Shown: positions 38,729-51,865, numbered from the stretch's first letter. The stretch is 64,000 bases of DNA from Pavona decussata (GCA_977016875.1 CDRNST010000037.1:806001-870000); one strand, 5' to 3'. Translations and numbers: made by a program. Notes: generated by a model from the letters alone, not told the origin.

Positions 38729-39274
38729 CTACTGCCCCTTATTTGACGCTTGATTACCAGGCGGTACCCAAGACTCAGGTTCAAAATTGTCTTCACTCTC
38801 TTTTCCACTTGAAACTTTTGTACTAGAATCACTTTTCTCTGGGGTCCACTCCCCTGGCTGAAACACTGTACCAGTACTAGTAGGCTCGGCTCTATTGTCC
38901 AAACTTTCATATAACGGTGTTGAGGCGTGCCCTACTTGTGCAACTAGCTGTGGTGGTTTGTTTTCCAAAGCTTGTTGTTCTTTATCCTTTTCTTCCACTT
39001 GTCTTGCCCTTTCTTTGATAGTCTGTATTCTTTTCTGTTGGGCCAGTAATTCCTCATGTGTAGGGGGGTCATCTCTCTTTCCTCTTATCCACGCCTCCCA
39101 TTCCATCGGCATCAAATCCGGTGTGTACTGCATGGGCTTTAAGTTGGTGATCATCTCCCTCTTGGGTTTTTTACCTTCCCTGATAGTCTCATAATACTTA
39201 TTTCCATGCAAGTCAGTTCCCACAAGACGTCTTGTCCTTACAAACGCACCAAATAAAGACCTTACCCACTGCAT
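38729..39274 (-). CDS. NDUFAF2: NADH dehydrogenase (complex I) assembly factor 2 (mimitin, NDUFA12 family), 181 aa, no coding introns
   Basis: LVGTDLHGNKYYE, PMEWEAWIRGKRDDPPT.EE, GHAS.P.Y, EPTSTG..FQPGEW.P are characteristic NDUFAF2 motifs; first ATG at 39274 (ORF track starts at TTG 39286). Confidence 0.92.
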   Translation of the reverse strand: MQWVRSLFGAFVRTRRLVGTDLHGNKYYETIREGKKPKREMITNLKPMQYTPDLMPMEWEAWIRGKRDDPPTHEELLAQQKRIQTIKERARQVEEKDKEQQALENKPPQLVAQVGHASTPLYESLDNRAEPTSTGTVFQPGEWTPEKSDSSTKVSSGKESEDNFEPESWVPPGNQASNKGQ

Positions 39275-39289
39275 GATTGGTGCCAATCA

Positions 39290-39620
39290 AAAGTCAACGA
39301 AAAACAAGTTTTGAGGTTTGAAAAGACACTCTACACCGTCCGCTTCCTAAATGCGCGTCTAATACTATCCGAATCCTTTATAGCTCTTGTAGTACAGTCA
39401 ACAACCTTCCTAAATCTGTTAGAAATCGACCTTTTTTGTCGAAAACTTTCAGCACAGACCAGAGTCCGCCATTTTGTTTCTATCGACAGATAAGAGACTG
39501 GTAACTACTGCTCAGCGGTCTCACCACAAAGGAAATGCTCAAAGTGCGCAAGACGACGGCGCAAGACTTTGTTTTTGTTATGTCACGCTTTCACGGGTTT
39601 GCTCGCAGTCAGAATATTTT
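39290..39620. promoter_or_regulatory. Probable promoter / 5' region of NDUFAF2, possibly bidirectional
   Basis: Locally CpG-rich; YY1-type aaaatggcgg motif on the minus strand at ~39466-39475; lies between divergently oriented genes. Confidence 0.4.
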
Positions 39621-39971
39621 GTTACGAAATAGAGCAAAAATTGTGAGAAGACATCAAGATGTCACTGAGATGACCACAGGAGTATTTGGAAATGATGCAG
39701 TGTTATACCCTGATCAATATCTCCGTTTTATTGCTGTGTTTTGCAGGTTAGAAAAATTAACCTTTTGTTAATCATTCTCACGTGATTTTACGCCATACGT
39801 AACGAGAAGCGTTTCATTTGTACCTTGAATGAAGGTTACGCAAACTAAAGGTTTTGTGAAATCCTTTTTCATCTTATAAAAAGGCACTTTTTCCCAGGGA
39901 TTAAAGAATATCTTGAGCGTTTTTAATATTTTGTGATCACGAGCTCAAGTTATATAATTGACGAATGTAAA

Positions 39972-40266
39972 TTAACAAGATGCCCGGCTAATGGCATTAC
40001 ACGGAATGCTTAATGTAACCCCAATTATTAAAAACTGCATCATTGTATAATGCAATTCGAGGGATTTGATTGGCTTAGCGGCCATGGTATATGAGCAATT
40101 ATACCATGGCCGAGAAATGGCGACCATTAAATTGCCTTCTGGTCGTTCTTGCACAGTGAAATCAGTAAGATCTAGCAATATTTCTTGGTTGTTTTTAATA
40201 AAACAATTATTCCACTTGCGCTTGTTGGATATGAGATGATTATAGTCAACTCAGCTACGCGCCTCA

Positions 40267-40297
<31 letters not shown>

Positions 40298-40628
40298 GCT
40301 CGTGGAATAATTGTTAATTATTCCCCATTGTATGTTTCGCAGATATTTAAAAACTATCCCGTGTGTTTATAAGGCCTTGGAAATCCAGACGGGAGGGGGT
40401 TTGTAGCGGCCCTGGAAATCCGGGTAGAGGGGGGGGGGGGGTCAAAAAAGCATGCCATCCGTGGATTTTTTCTGGAATAATCCAATCAGAACAATACATC
40501 CCTACTGCTAAGGGGAGGACATATTTTAATGCATAAATTAATGTGGCGATTTCTGACTACGAGGAAGAAAAAAAAAAGATACCCGACCGAAACCTAGACA
40601 CGTCATGCCCTGCGGGCATTCCGTGTAA
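39972..40628 (-). mobile_element. Second HINE-like copy, inverted, interrupted by a hairpin element
   Basis: Ends are reverse complements of the 36010-36867 ends (taacaagatgccc...ggcattacacggaatgc; gcattccgtgtaa). Confidence 0.65.
40023..40322. mobile_element. Hairpin-ended non-autonomous element (Crypton-like)
   Basis: IR tattaaaaac / gtttttaata, then long hairpin aacaattattccac...gtggaataattgtt (40202-40315); aattatt is duplicated at 40023-40029 and 40316-40322 relative to the empty site in the 36.8-kb copy. Confidence 0.7.
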
Positions 40629-41596
40629 TAAGCTCTATTAATTAAGTTATTATTCACCGGGTAAATGCAAATATTAGGTCTTGCAAGTTGGTTTTCATTT
40701 AAGACCCATTTAAACAAAATTGCCATTAAGTTTTCTGAAGCCTTTTATTGTAGTTTTTGACACAAATATCACTTGGCCCTGAACCTGTGTGTTTTTCGTG
40801 GTCTGAAAAACAAAAAGACAAAAGAAGTTTACTCCGACTTGTAAAATGCCAATGTAACACGATTCAACACAAAATTAATGATGTTAACTTAAGTTCCGTG
40901 CAAAGATGCACTCAATACGCGTTCCACTCTGAAGAAATGGCAAAGTTTTGAAACACGATGCTTTAAATCCTTCGTTATTGTGAACAAAAATAACTCATTT
41001 GAACGACAATTTAAATTCGCCGAGTACGATATAGTGCGCTATCGCGCACCTTTGAAATTTTAATATGGCGAGATATTAAACGTTTTTTACATAAAATATA
41101 GCCTAGCTTTCGCGGAAATCGAGGGTTAAATAATAAAAACAATTATCTAAATGCATTTACAAGTCTTCTGCATTGACTTTATTCAAAATTACGGCCTCAA
41201 GAAATTTCTGGAAATCCAGACGGTAGGGGGGGTCTTAGGCCTTGGAAATCCAGACGGGAGGGGGGTGTAGCGGCCCTGAAAATCTGGGTAGAGGGGGGGG
41301 GTCAAAAAAGCATGCCATCCGAGGGGGGGTGTGGATTTTTTCTGGAATAACCCAATCAGAACAATACATCCCTACTAGGGGAGGACATATTTGAATGCAT
41401 AAATTAATGTGGCGATTTCTGACTACGAGGAAGAAAAAAAAAAGATACCCGACCGAAACCTAGACACGTCATGCCCTGCGGGCATTCCGTGTAAGCTCTA
41501 TTAATTAAGTTATTATTCACCGGGTAAATGCAAATATTAGGTCTTGCAAGTTGGTTTTCATTTAAGACCCAATTAAACAAAATTGCCATTAAGTTT
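40374..41596 (+). repeat. Local direct duplication of ~360 bp (40374-40735 and 41238-41596)
   Basis: Near-identical ggccttggaaatccagacggg...gcattccgtgtaa...aaattgccattaagtttt; explains the twin ORFs 40538-40726 and 41404-41610. Confidence 0.85.
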
Positions 41597-42410
41597 TTCA
41601 TAATGTACACATCATAGTAATGACAATTTCACTGACTGAAGGGTAATTCAATTTTCAGATGTTAACAGTGTATCACAAGCTATTAAAAAAGGCTGCAGGT
41701 TTCTCCCTGAATTGTAACACTCAAAGTCTAACTACTATCATTCTAACTGCAACAATGGGATTGAAAGGCCTTTAGGAACCTTTACTCAAACTGTCAATTA
41801 GTGATTGGTGTATTCTATTCCTACGAATTTAAAAGTAAGAGAAACAAAAAACAAAAAGAAATACCAGGGCATCCTATGGATGCATTCTGATTGGCAACAT
41901 AGACCTAACTTAACAGAATGATAGTTGGACTACAAAATTCCTTTCAAATTATCAAGTTTCAGGGAAAGTTCGCAGAAATGTCTTCTAATACATGTAATCT
42001 AATACATGTACATGTAGCTTTTCTGCTAATAAATTTGGTATTCCAGAATAAGATAGTAAGCTGTTCATATACACTGTAATGAAAATTCCTTTCTCCACAT
42101 GAAAATTTAACACTTTTATACATGGGATTTTAAGTTGCTCTTTGTTGTGCTATAGGTGTCATATTGTTTACACCAGAAAAAATAGTAAAGACTTTTTAGA
42201 GTTTTGGCGACCAGATTTTGTCATCTGGCAACTGAAAAAATTGGTCTAGTCGTCACTTGGGGCCCACTTCAAAAAGTTAATTTCGGGTCCTGTTTAAACA
42301 TTAATAGTTTCTTTTTTATTATAGATTATTTGACAAGTGCTGTTTATGTTTATGTTGTCCCAAGATAGAGGAACTTTTTTATTGCAGTTCTTTTAATACT
42401 ATTTTGAACA

Positions 42411-45400
42411 ATGATTACAGCTGATCTTCTGTGGAATTTTGGTCTCCTTGGAATCCATGCTTTCAGCACTAACAATGTGACTTGCCACCCCTGTCCAAAG
42501 GGAACATTAGGAAACAACAGTAAGTACCTTGGTATAAAGGCTGATTCATTGGTTGCAATTTGTTAGCCCATTTTGTTGGCTCATTATTAAATCATTTTAG
42601 GACATACCAGTACCAGTTTATTTTCACCCAACAATATGTTATCTGATTTTTTTAAAAAAATTTAGCATGAAATTGAAACCAGCCCAGTTAATGGAAGGTC
42701 TGTTACAGTGCATCAGATGATGATTGTGTTCTGTCCCTGGCCTATGATTCAAATTTCAGAAAAAAAAAGTAAATTGATAGAAATAAAATTAATGATTTAT
42801 TTTTTTCAGTCAGTGCCAGTCAGGCATACTCAGAAAAAGAAAATCAAAGTGCTCCCAAAAGGAGTCAAACCTATGACCATTCAATTACTAGACATACTAG
42901 TTCAGATGCTCTACCACTGAGCTATACATGTTGAGAGTCGTAGGAGCTGAGGGCATCAAACTAGGTTCATGTGAAACACATGTACATTTAAATTAGCTCT
43001 CAGTAAATTTAATATATAAACAGTCATGTACATTTACATACTGTACATGTAAATATGGATAAAAAGGGAAATCTTGCCCGTAAACAGGGGTTTCTATTGC
43101 AAATGAATTGCAAGGCAATGGATAAAACATTAGCCGGGCAACAATCCGTGATAGAATTGAGAACCACATGCAAAACCTCTGGCAAACCTGAACTGAAACA
43201 ACAAAAAGTGTTATGCACCAAACCCTTTCTATCTTGACACCGGCTCATTTTTGCCTTCTTTTGGGCCAGGAAAATCCTCGAGTTCTATTCATTAAAAGGT
43301 GGAATCTACATAAAAATGCCTAAGAGACACAGGGAGCCTAAGTCCAAGTCCATACAGTCAATTATCGAGCGCTATACTCGTCTTTAACAATATATTGATC
43401 ACCTCCTCATAGTCTGGTGGAAGGAGATGATCATTAAATCCCAAAACCCCGCAAGTCACTGGCATCTGTCAAAGAACCAAGAGATGCCTTCGCTGCTAGG
43501 ACCTTTGAAAGTGCTCTGTTAGCGTGGGATGACAATCAATTTGATACAGATGGGAAAGTTTGCAAGCAGCCGTAGCTAACATATGTGTCTTACCATTAGA
43601 TATGGCTCATTTGCCAAGCTGTGATGTTTCAAAATGGGGAGAATTAAACAGAGCTTGCAAATTTACACTGTAGATAATTTTGTTGTGTGTTTCGAGGAAA
43701 GAACGCCCTTCACGGTTTGCCATCTTGGGTGTACTGTGCAGGTGCAGTAAGTAGGCTAAAAGGTACAATTACACACAGAAGCCTTGTCAATCACGTTAGC
43801 AACACAAATATTGGCACAAATGAATTCTGTTGTAATTTTTGGAGTGTGGTTTCTCCCATTTCAACTGCGTTCTGTAATAGATCAATCCAGAAATGAATCC
43901 AAATGATTATTAATGGTGACAGAAGCGTCGGACAGATTGTAGCAACGGGACTAGTGGCGACTGGCAAATTGTGACTTGGTTTTGAACCACTGCACTGGAA
44001 ATTTTTTTCTTTTTCTCTTCTTGCATTTCCTTTTCTTCTGATTTTGTTAGTCTTTTCAAATTAAAACTTGGACATTCAGAATACCCTGTAAACAGTATCG
44101 TCTAAAAGTGAGCTAGTACTAAACAGTACCTGAACTAATCATACAAAACGTTTTGTACATTCAGCTTTTTGCAGTCAAAGCAGTGTGTAAATGCACATGT
44201 TCAAATAACATTCAACCATTTTGTGTTGTCTTTAGGTCTTCCTTCTTGTCAGAATTGTTCTATCAAGGGCTGGTGTGAAGATACTAAAAACTGCCTAAAA
44301 TGTCGCACCGGGCATTATCAAAACACAACAGGACAAACCAAGTGTTTTCCATGCCCCGAGGGGCATTATCAGAGGAACTCTGGACAGGATTCATGTGATC
44401 CTTGCCCACCTGGAGAACACCAAGACAATCTTGGACAAACTGGCTGTAAACAGTGTCACAAGGGCTTCTATTCTAAGTAAGTAATGATTATTTTTTCCTG
44501 CAGCCCAGATGATTTAATGCAGTCAATTCTTGTGTTTAGATTTGTACGTGTTACAAAGCACAAAATGGTGACTACTTAAGGTTTTTTATTAGGATAATTT
44601 CTTTTCATCTAATTTCTACTTAATATAAAAGTATTACTGAGTGAATGTAAACCTTGTCAAATTTTGTTTTCTCATTATTTTAAATATAATTATTCTTTAT
44701 ATGTAACAACACACGGTTTTAAGTTTGAAATACATCTTCAGAATCGAATGCAAATAGAACCGCTTGTCAGTGTAATTAAATTGATTATTTCCTGCCTGCT
44801 GTTATTCCGTAAATAATAATGAGTAAATAATTATTATTTACTGTGTCTAGATCTTTAGGAACTCAAAGATGTATCTCATGCCAATATGGTGGATATTGCA
44901 AGTAAGAATCAGGAAATAATAATTTAATAAGTTACATGTACATGTAATTTAATGTAAAACATTATTTTAATATTTATAAATAATTTACTAGGTAAAATAA
45001 TGTAAATTACAAGGTCTCAAATTTACTGTTAGTGTCTGAGTTTTGATAGAGAGTTCAAAATGGTGAGTGGGAATTAAACATTTTTGCAACTGATTCCAAT
45101 TTCCATGGAAATTTGTATAGTTTAAATTTTGAAGGGTGCAGAAGTATAACATTGCTAGCTGAGTATTACATGTACACCAACTCATTAGGTCCATATTTCA
45201 TGTGTATTGTAACTGTGCAACCAAAGATTGTACATGTGTAAAAGCAAAGACTCACAAACCTGACTTTTATCTCTCCGTTATATTTAGCTTTAAGATTTTT
45301 CTTGTCATAGCTATACATCAGTTTTAGATTATCATAATGCAAAAAGTAGAAATAAAATAAAATATTTTAGTCATAGTATACATTTGGGTTTATAGCTTTG

Positions 45401-48289
45401 ATATACACATAGGTTAGTGTCTGAAAGTATTTTCACTTGAGTTGCACCTACTATAGCCGTTTAGAATTAAATGCTGTTGATTGGTCCCAGGAAAGATGCT
45501 TTTTCTCACACATCGTTAATAATTTACTCACCAATACTGACCCAGCACATACTTTAATCAAACTGGGAAAAAATCTTGTGCACCAAGGGATAAACAATTG
45601 TAATTATTGTAAACTAAGACACACATGCTTGTTATGTCTGCCTGCCTTCTCCAGTAAACTTTGTTTGAATCCTTGTTGTTTGCTTTTAGCAAACCTGGCT
45701 GCACAAGTTGTCTGCCATGTCCAGCTGGAAAAGAGGCCAACAGAATGGGTGCACAGAATTGCACTCCTTGCAACTCAGGTATGCCTCTTTATTTTCTGCT
45801 TCCTTGTACGGTACAATGATTTTGTTATTCAGCAAAGTCTTTTAAAAAGGACTGTCTTATACTCTACTTTCAAAATCTAGTACTATAATAAAATAATATT
45901 ATAATAAATAATTATAGTACTAATATACAAATTACGGTGCCTACTAAAACCAAAGTATTTTTGTGCAGTTTATGACTTTGCAGAAAAAGCAGATTTGGAA
46001 TCCAAAAAGAAAATTGGGGGTAACCACGCATTTTTCTTTTCTTTTTTCTTTTTTTGTTGAGATAATTTAATAAGCCAACAATAATTGTTATTCTAGAAAG
46101 ACCCAAAATACAAACAATGTGTGGCATTTTTCCCCAATTTGAGACTTATTTATCTCTGAAAAATGCATGGTTACCCCTAATTTTTTCTTTTTTTAATTCC
46201 ATTAACCCTTGCCAAGATCTGCTTTTCCCGCGTAGTTATAAACTGCACAAAAATATCTCTGTTTTGGCAGGCACCACCGATAGAAAGCCTACTTTATCGG
46301 GCTATCGTTAGATGCGCAGAACGCATGCGTAGCAGAAAAAGGAGGCTCCGTCCTTAAAAATTAATAAGCACTTATTTACTGATTTTTGGCTGATATTGAT
46401 ACTTCATTGATACATTGTGAAGCAGGTAAGAGGTGAATATTATGCGTAAAGAGTGATAATTATTTTGTAAAATTTATCCACTAAAATAAAGAAATGTACA
46501 TTTGTCTGAGCTGGTTGATGCTAAAAACGACCTATTTAGAAACACTTTTTATATCATTTCCCAGTTTTTGAATTAATTGAAATTATAATATTATTTTAAG
46601 ATTATTTTTATAATTGAAGAAATTCATTTACATGATTGTACAATAAATATCGACTGTACACTTAGGTAGCATGCATTTTTGAACCATTTTCATGGTTTAA
46701 ATAAATTTACATGATTGTATTTACAATACTGTACTTTACTACCATGTGGATGTTGTTGGAAATTATTATTATTAATTTAATAATAAAATTATTGTAATAT
46801 TTATAATTACATGACTATATACTCAGGTTATTTCAAGGAAAGCATAAGTTTTGATGTTTGCCAGTTGTGTAAAAGAGGATGGTACCAGTTAAAAACAGGC
46901 CAGACAACATGTCAGGAATGCCCCCAAGGATATTATTGTCCGGTAAGTACATTTGTAAGAAACCCCCCACTCCAGGGCCAGATGGTGAAGCTTTGAAATA
47001 TAATTATTTTATGCTAATATTGTATGGGGGCAGATTATTATATAAAATTAATACTTTAATACTGTATCTTACCCTCAATGGTATTCTTATTAAATTAATC
47101 ATGTGTACTTGCTACGGGAAAACTGTGATTTATTTAAGGACGGTGCCTACTAATACCAAAGTATTTTTGTGCGGTTTATGACTATGCGGGAAAAGCAGAT
47201 CTTAGCGAGGGCTATTTGAATCCAAAAAGAAAATTGGGGGTAATCACGCATTTTTCAGAGATAATTAAACATTAATACAGTCAAACCTCCACTAACGGCC
47301 ACCTCTCCACAACGGCCACCTCTCTACAACGGCCACTTTTTTTTGTCCCGGCGGACAGTCCATACATTACCTCTTATTTAAACCTCTCTACAACGGCCAC
47401 CTCTCTACAACGGCAACGGCCACTAAAGTGCGTCCCCAACTGCCAAAATAACCTCTCGACAACGGCCAGTACAGCTCTTTTTTGTAAAAACAAAACCTTT
47501 TTTTATAAGTTGATGCAGTAATCGACATTTGTCTTCAGAACATTACGTTTCTGTATCCATTTTAATGATATACGTATTTTGATTGTGTTCCATTTATATG
47601 CTGCAGTAAGCATAAATTGTCTACAATAATACAGCGAATGTTGCAAACCTTGCTCGTTTCGTCTTGTTATGCAAAAGTGGCTGACATTTTAATATTCTTT
47701 GGTCTGTATTCAAATTAGCCTCACTAGCCTCGTTCAAGGCAAAATATTCTTTTGATTTTTGATCTCAAGAACGAGGTTAGTAAAGCTAATATGAATGCAA
47801 ACAAAAGAATAATAAAATGTCAGCCATTTTTGCATAGGGTCTATTATTTACGTTTTATTGTGTATTTTATCTGTATATATTATTTAAGGTTGGATTGCCA
47901 TTATAGGCTACAGTAAGCATGAACTTGGCACAATAAACATGTTGTACTTCCCGAAAAAAAAGGTGTCATATTACACCCCTACCTCCCCATAACGGCCACC
48001 TCTCCACAACGGCCACTTTCTTCTGTCCCCAAGGTGGCCATTGTGGAGAGGTTCAACTGTATCTCTAAAAACGCCAAAATATAAAGCAATGTATGGGATT
48101 TTTTCCTAAATTGAAGCTTAATTATCTCTGAAAAATGTATGATTACCCCCAATATTTTTTTTTTTTTTGAGATACCGAAAGCATTTGGTAAGTTCTGCTT
48201 TCTCCATATAGTTTTAAACCACGCAAAAATATTCCTGTATTAGTAGGCACCACCCATAGGAAACCTGAGTATCTTGCATTGCGCAGAAT

Positions 48290-48321
<32 letters not shown>

Positions 48322-51300
48322 CAAAAGAGGTATATTTTAGTTACCCTGGGCACACAACACTGCAATTAGTCTGCAATAGTAATTGGCTGATACAGAGAAA
48401 TATACTTTTTGATGCAGAGAAATACCTTACCTTGAATGTTGTCCCTATTAATCATATGTACTAGCCAGTGAAAAATCTGCCAGGCAAATTTATGTTAAAA
48501 ATTTCTCTTGGAACAGTCACATTGATCACTTACAGTGTATCCATGAAGAAAATGGCCTGACCGCTTTCAGAGCCTTATATGGTTTTAATTAAAAATAATT
48601 CCATCCTCTATCCTTCCTGAAACAAGTTGCAGTTGTCTGCAATGCCTTAGCACAGCTGTACATAATAATTATTTTATACTACAATCAACTGCTGTAGTGT
48701 TGTGTGGGACAACTGAATTACAGATTAAAGCTCAAAAAAAAAATGCTGCCTGGCATGAATTCTAACGTCTTGCTGTTATAACACTAATGTTGAAGATTTT
48801 AATTAGTAATTCCAAGGTGCACTGATGTCTCTTGAAACTCCTGAATACTTTAGTTCCAAAGAATAGTATGCCATGTCATGTGATTATTGAAAATAAAGGC
48901 ACTTGGACCAGCATCTGTTTGTAAAATCTAAGAGAGTTCAAGTAAAGTACTGTTAGTACTGTTACTACTGTAATGGCAGAACAGTGTATATTACAGCTGT
49001 ACTTATCCCTCTTCCTACAATTTGTGCATGTATCAAAGTCAAACCATCTGAGAATTATTTAGAGTAGAAGTATGATTTAATAATGATGAGCACGGATCGA
49101 TTCTGTGTTTCATTACCTTGTTTACATTATTATTTTTAGTGGCAGGATGAAGGGCCAATAAAATGTGATTCAAATCAGATTTGTCCTCAAGGTTCATTTG
49201 CTGCTGGGTCAGATTGCAGCATCATGTACACAAGAAATCAAGACACTGAGGTACTTATCAAATCAAATACATGTTTACAACCCTTAGTAACATTCTGTAA
49301 ATATTATGCATTCATTGAAAACCTCCAGAAATAAAAACCCTCTTACTTATAAGTGACCTTTCAGGCCACAAAAAAATGCATACAGTGTGAAACGTCAGGT
49401 TTGGGGAGCTACCGGCGCACCATACATATATTTGAATGCAGTGCAGTTCAATCAATCTTAAATGGGAAGTATCATGGCTTTCTTTTATATCTTTTGTTTA
49501 AAATGATGAAAAAAGATCTTCAATCAGCTGCCAAATAATTCTAGAATGATGAGAGGAAAGAAATCAACTCAATTCTTGAATTATGAACAACTCGTGATCT
49601 GTTCTGGCGCATTTTGGAAACAAAAATGTGACAACTTGATAAACATTAGCCTAACATTTTTCAAGTTTCAATCCATACTGGCCTACTCTGTCTCTGGCCA
49701 GAGGCACTAATCAACAGTTTTATCGCACTGGAGTGATAATTTATAACAAACTTGACAATTATTTCGTTGTTTCTGCTGACAGACAAACATTTTTGGGTTT
49801 TGAAATGGCAGTGAATTTGTGTGATACTTACTCTTTAACTAGATTGTATTTTGTCAACAAAGATTTTTTCATACAAATAATGTCCTGCTGCCCTTTGCAA
49901 AATTCATTCATGTACCTGTATTTATGTTATGCCTTTTTATACATCATGAATAATGTACAAAAATCATTCACATTCACATTTGGTTGAGGTTCTTAAACTA
50001 AACATGTTATTGTTAATTTGACTTCAATCTGTATAACAGGAATGTGAACTTAGTTCTGTTGTTTATGCAGTCATTGGAATTGTAGTGGCAGGTAATTGTC
50101 AGTTGTTTAGAAAAAATAATACGTGTATTATCTTGCTGGTATCTTTTTTGAAAAAAAAAACCTCCTTGTAAGTCATCTTGTTTCATCTAGCTGATTAAGC
50201 ATTGCCAACAAAACTGAGGAATATTTTTCATATGCAATAACCTTTCCACTGCAATTTATTTTATTTATTTATTTATTTTTTTTTTTTTTTATTTATTTTT
50301 TTTTTTTCAGTTTAAATTTTTCACTGGAGAGTATTTCATTATTTTTACAGGCTAGAAATTTCTGTCATTACTGATATCAATTCATGAATGTTACTTTTAT
50401 GAGTTATTATTTGAGGTTGAAAGCACTTGCTGTTAGAAGTACTACAGGTACATTTTTGCTGGTTAAAATTGAGTTCTATTAATAATACATGTACAGGAGA
50501 AATATCATTTTTAATTAAGCACATAATCACATGTTAAATTAATAACTCAGTTCCAGAACAAATCCATACCCACCCCATGGAAGGTCATCAGAAATTCCTA
50601 GGGGGATGGGGGGTCTTAAAAGTCAAAATTTTAGAAGTAAAGTATGAAGCTAAACTGGAATTTCCTGAGGGGAGGGGGGTTGCAAAACAAAACCCTCCGT
50701 TGGGAGAGTATGGATATTTTCTGGAACTGCACAGTGTGGTCCTGTAGTCACCTACACCAAGTGTTTTAAGACGTGATTTATTTGAATGCCTTTGTTGTGT
50801 CATTGTTTCAGTGGCTGTGCTAGGAGCAGGATTTGTAATTGTCAGAAGATACAGACGGTAAGAGAAATAGATGGTTTTTGGACATATAATTTTCTGCATA
50901 TTCTGAAAAAAGGAATATGCTAAAAATGTATGTTGTATATGTTGCCTGGTCACAAGCATATCCAAATGGCCAAAGTAAAAGAATCAAATTTTTATTTATG
51001 TTTAGAAGAAGAATACGTTAAATGTTTCAAGGTATTCTGATTTTGGACTACCCAAAAAGATATTCCCTTAAAATGAGGCAGTACAAATAAATGATGTTAA
51101 ACAATAAATTTCCTGTTTGGAAAATGGTGCTCTTGTTGTCACCAACTTTTTAACAAGTTGAACAAATAAATTGATGATGAAATTAAACACGAGAATTTTT
51201 TGAACACGGTAATTTGATAATTTGAACACGATGTCCACATGGACGAGACACAGATTTTGGACAGAGATCCAGACTGGTTTACAAGAGGAGTTTAGGAGGC

Positions 51301-51617
51301 AATTTACATCAGAGCCCACACGGCAACCCTAAATAGAGACGGGGAGATACAACCTTCCAGTGATCTGAACAAGGCAGGTCATGACCTGACCAAATCACGG
51401 TGAACAAGACTTAAGCAGAGTCAAAAGCTTAGAATTTTAGTTTCAATACAGTGTAGCATCAAAAACTTATAAATTCAACCAAAAATAATTAGAATTGTTC
51501 TACTAATCATGTTCATCACTAACATTTTTATCTTTTACTTTGTTTGTTTCTGGCAGAAAAACTGAGGCAGAACAACGACTGCTAGATAGGCAGTACCCTG
51601 TGTACACTGGCTGGTGA
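42411..51617 (+). CDS. Type-I membrane protein with Cys-rich GCC2/GCC3 (ephrin-receptor-like / TNFR-like) repeats, ~291 aa; exons 42411-42519, 44236-44476, 44851-44901, 45690-45778, 46827-46942, 49140-49250, 50040-50091, 50812-50857, 51557-51617
   Basis: Eight GT-AG introns, all phase-compatible; repeated CxxCPxGxYQxxxGQxxC units; TM VVYAVIGIVVAVAVLGAGFVIV followed by RRYRRK; short tail ending QYPVYTGW*. Start codon uncertain. Confidence 0.85.
42818..42980 (-). mobile_element. tRNA-derived SINE fragment
   Basis: Minus strand reads tatagctcagtggtagagcat (A box) ... ggtcataggtttgactcc (degenerate B box); no complete cloverleaf. Confidence 0.6.
45932..46353 (+). mobile_element. TTAA-specific MITE (GGACGGTGCCTAC family), decayed copy
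   Basis: acggtgcctacta ... ggaggctccgtcc|TTAA; internal homology to 47138-48320 and 52888-53290. Confidence 0.75.
47138..48320 (+). mobile_element. TTAA-specific MITE (Kolobok-like termini) with nested insertion
   Basis: TTAA|ggacggtgcctacta ... tagtaggcaccgtcc|TCAA. Confidence 0.85.
47278..48059. mobile_element. Tc1/mariner-pogo-type MITE nested in the TTAA MITE
   Basis: TA|cagtcaaacctc ... gaggttcaactg|TA with repeated acaacggccacctctc subterminal motifs. Confidence 0.85.
50548..50732. mobile_element. MITE related to 625-1976
   Basis: cagttccagaacaaatccatac ... gtatggatattttctggaactg termini. Confidence 0.65.
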
Positions 51618-51687
51618 ATATTTGGTGGGATGATTCAGGATCTTATCATACACCAATCAAATTAATAATCCTGGGCTTGTTTAATAC

Positions 51688-51865
51688 TTATAAGTAAAGG
51701 ATTGGTTATACATAGACAAGTAAAGATAAACGATAAAAAGGAACAACGTTTAATTGGTGAACTATTTCTGACATTGACTTCAACTATTTCTATCACTTCG
51801 AACTTGATAATGGCGTCATGACGACCCCGAAACGTTGTTCCTTTTTATCGTTTATCTTTACTTGT
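51688..51865 (+). mobile_element. Penelope-like retroelement terminal fragment with inverted end, downstream of the membrane-protein stop
   Basis: 12-bp direct repeat cttgtttaatac (51676-51687, 51866-51877); perfect 38-bp inverted repeat 51714-51751 / 51830-51867; contains a hammerhead-like motif. Confidence 0.65.
51800..51840 (+). ncRNA. Minimal type-I hammerhead ribozyme-like motif (U3-A8 variant)
   Basis: GAAC-UUGAUAA-U[GGCGUC augac GACCC]C-GAAAC-GUU-GUUC: stem I GAAC/GUUC, bulged stem II, GAAA core, NUH = GUU. Confidence 0.5.

Noticed and set aside
42860-42930. tRNA gene on the minus strand
   Set aside because: A box and degenerate B box present but the stems are disrupted; treated as a SINE head.
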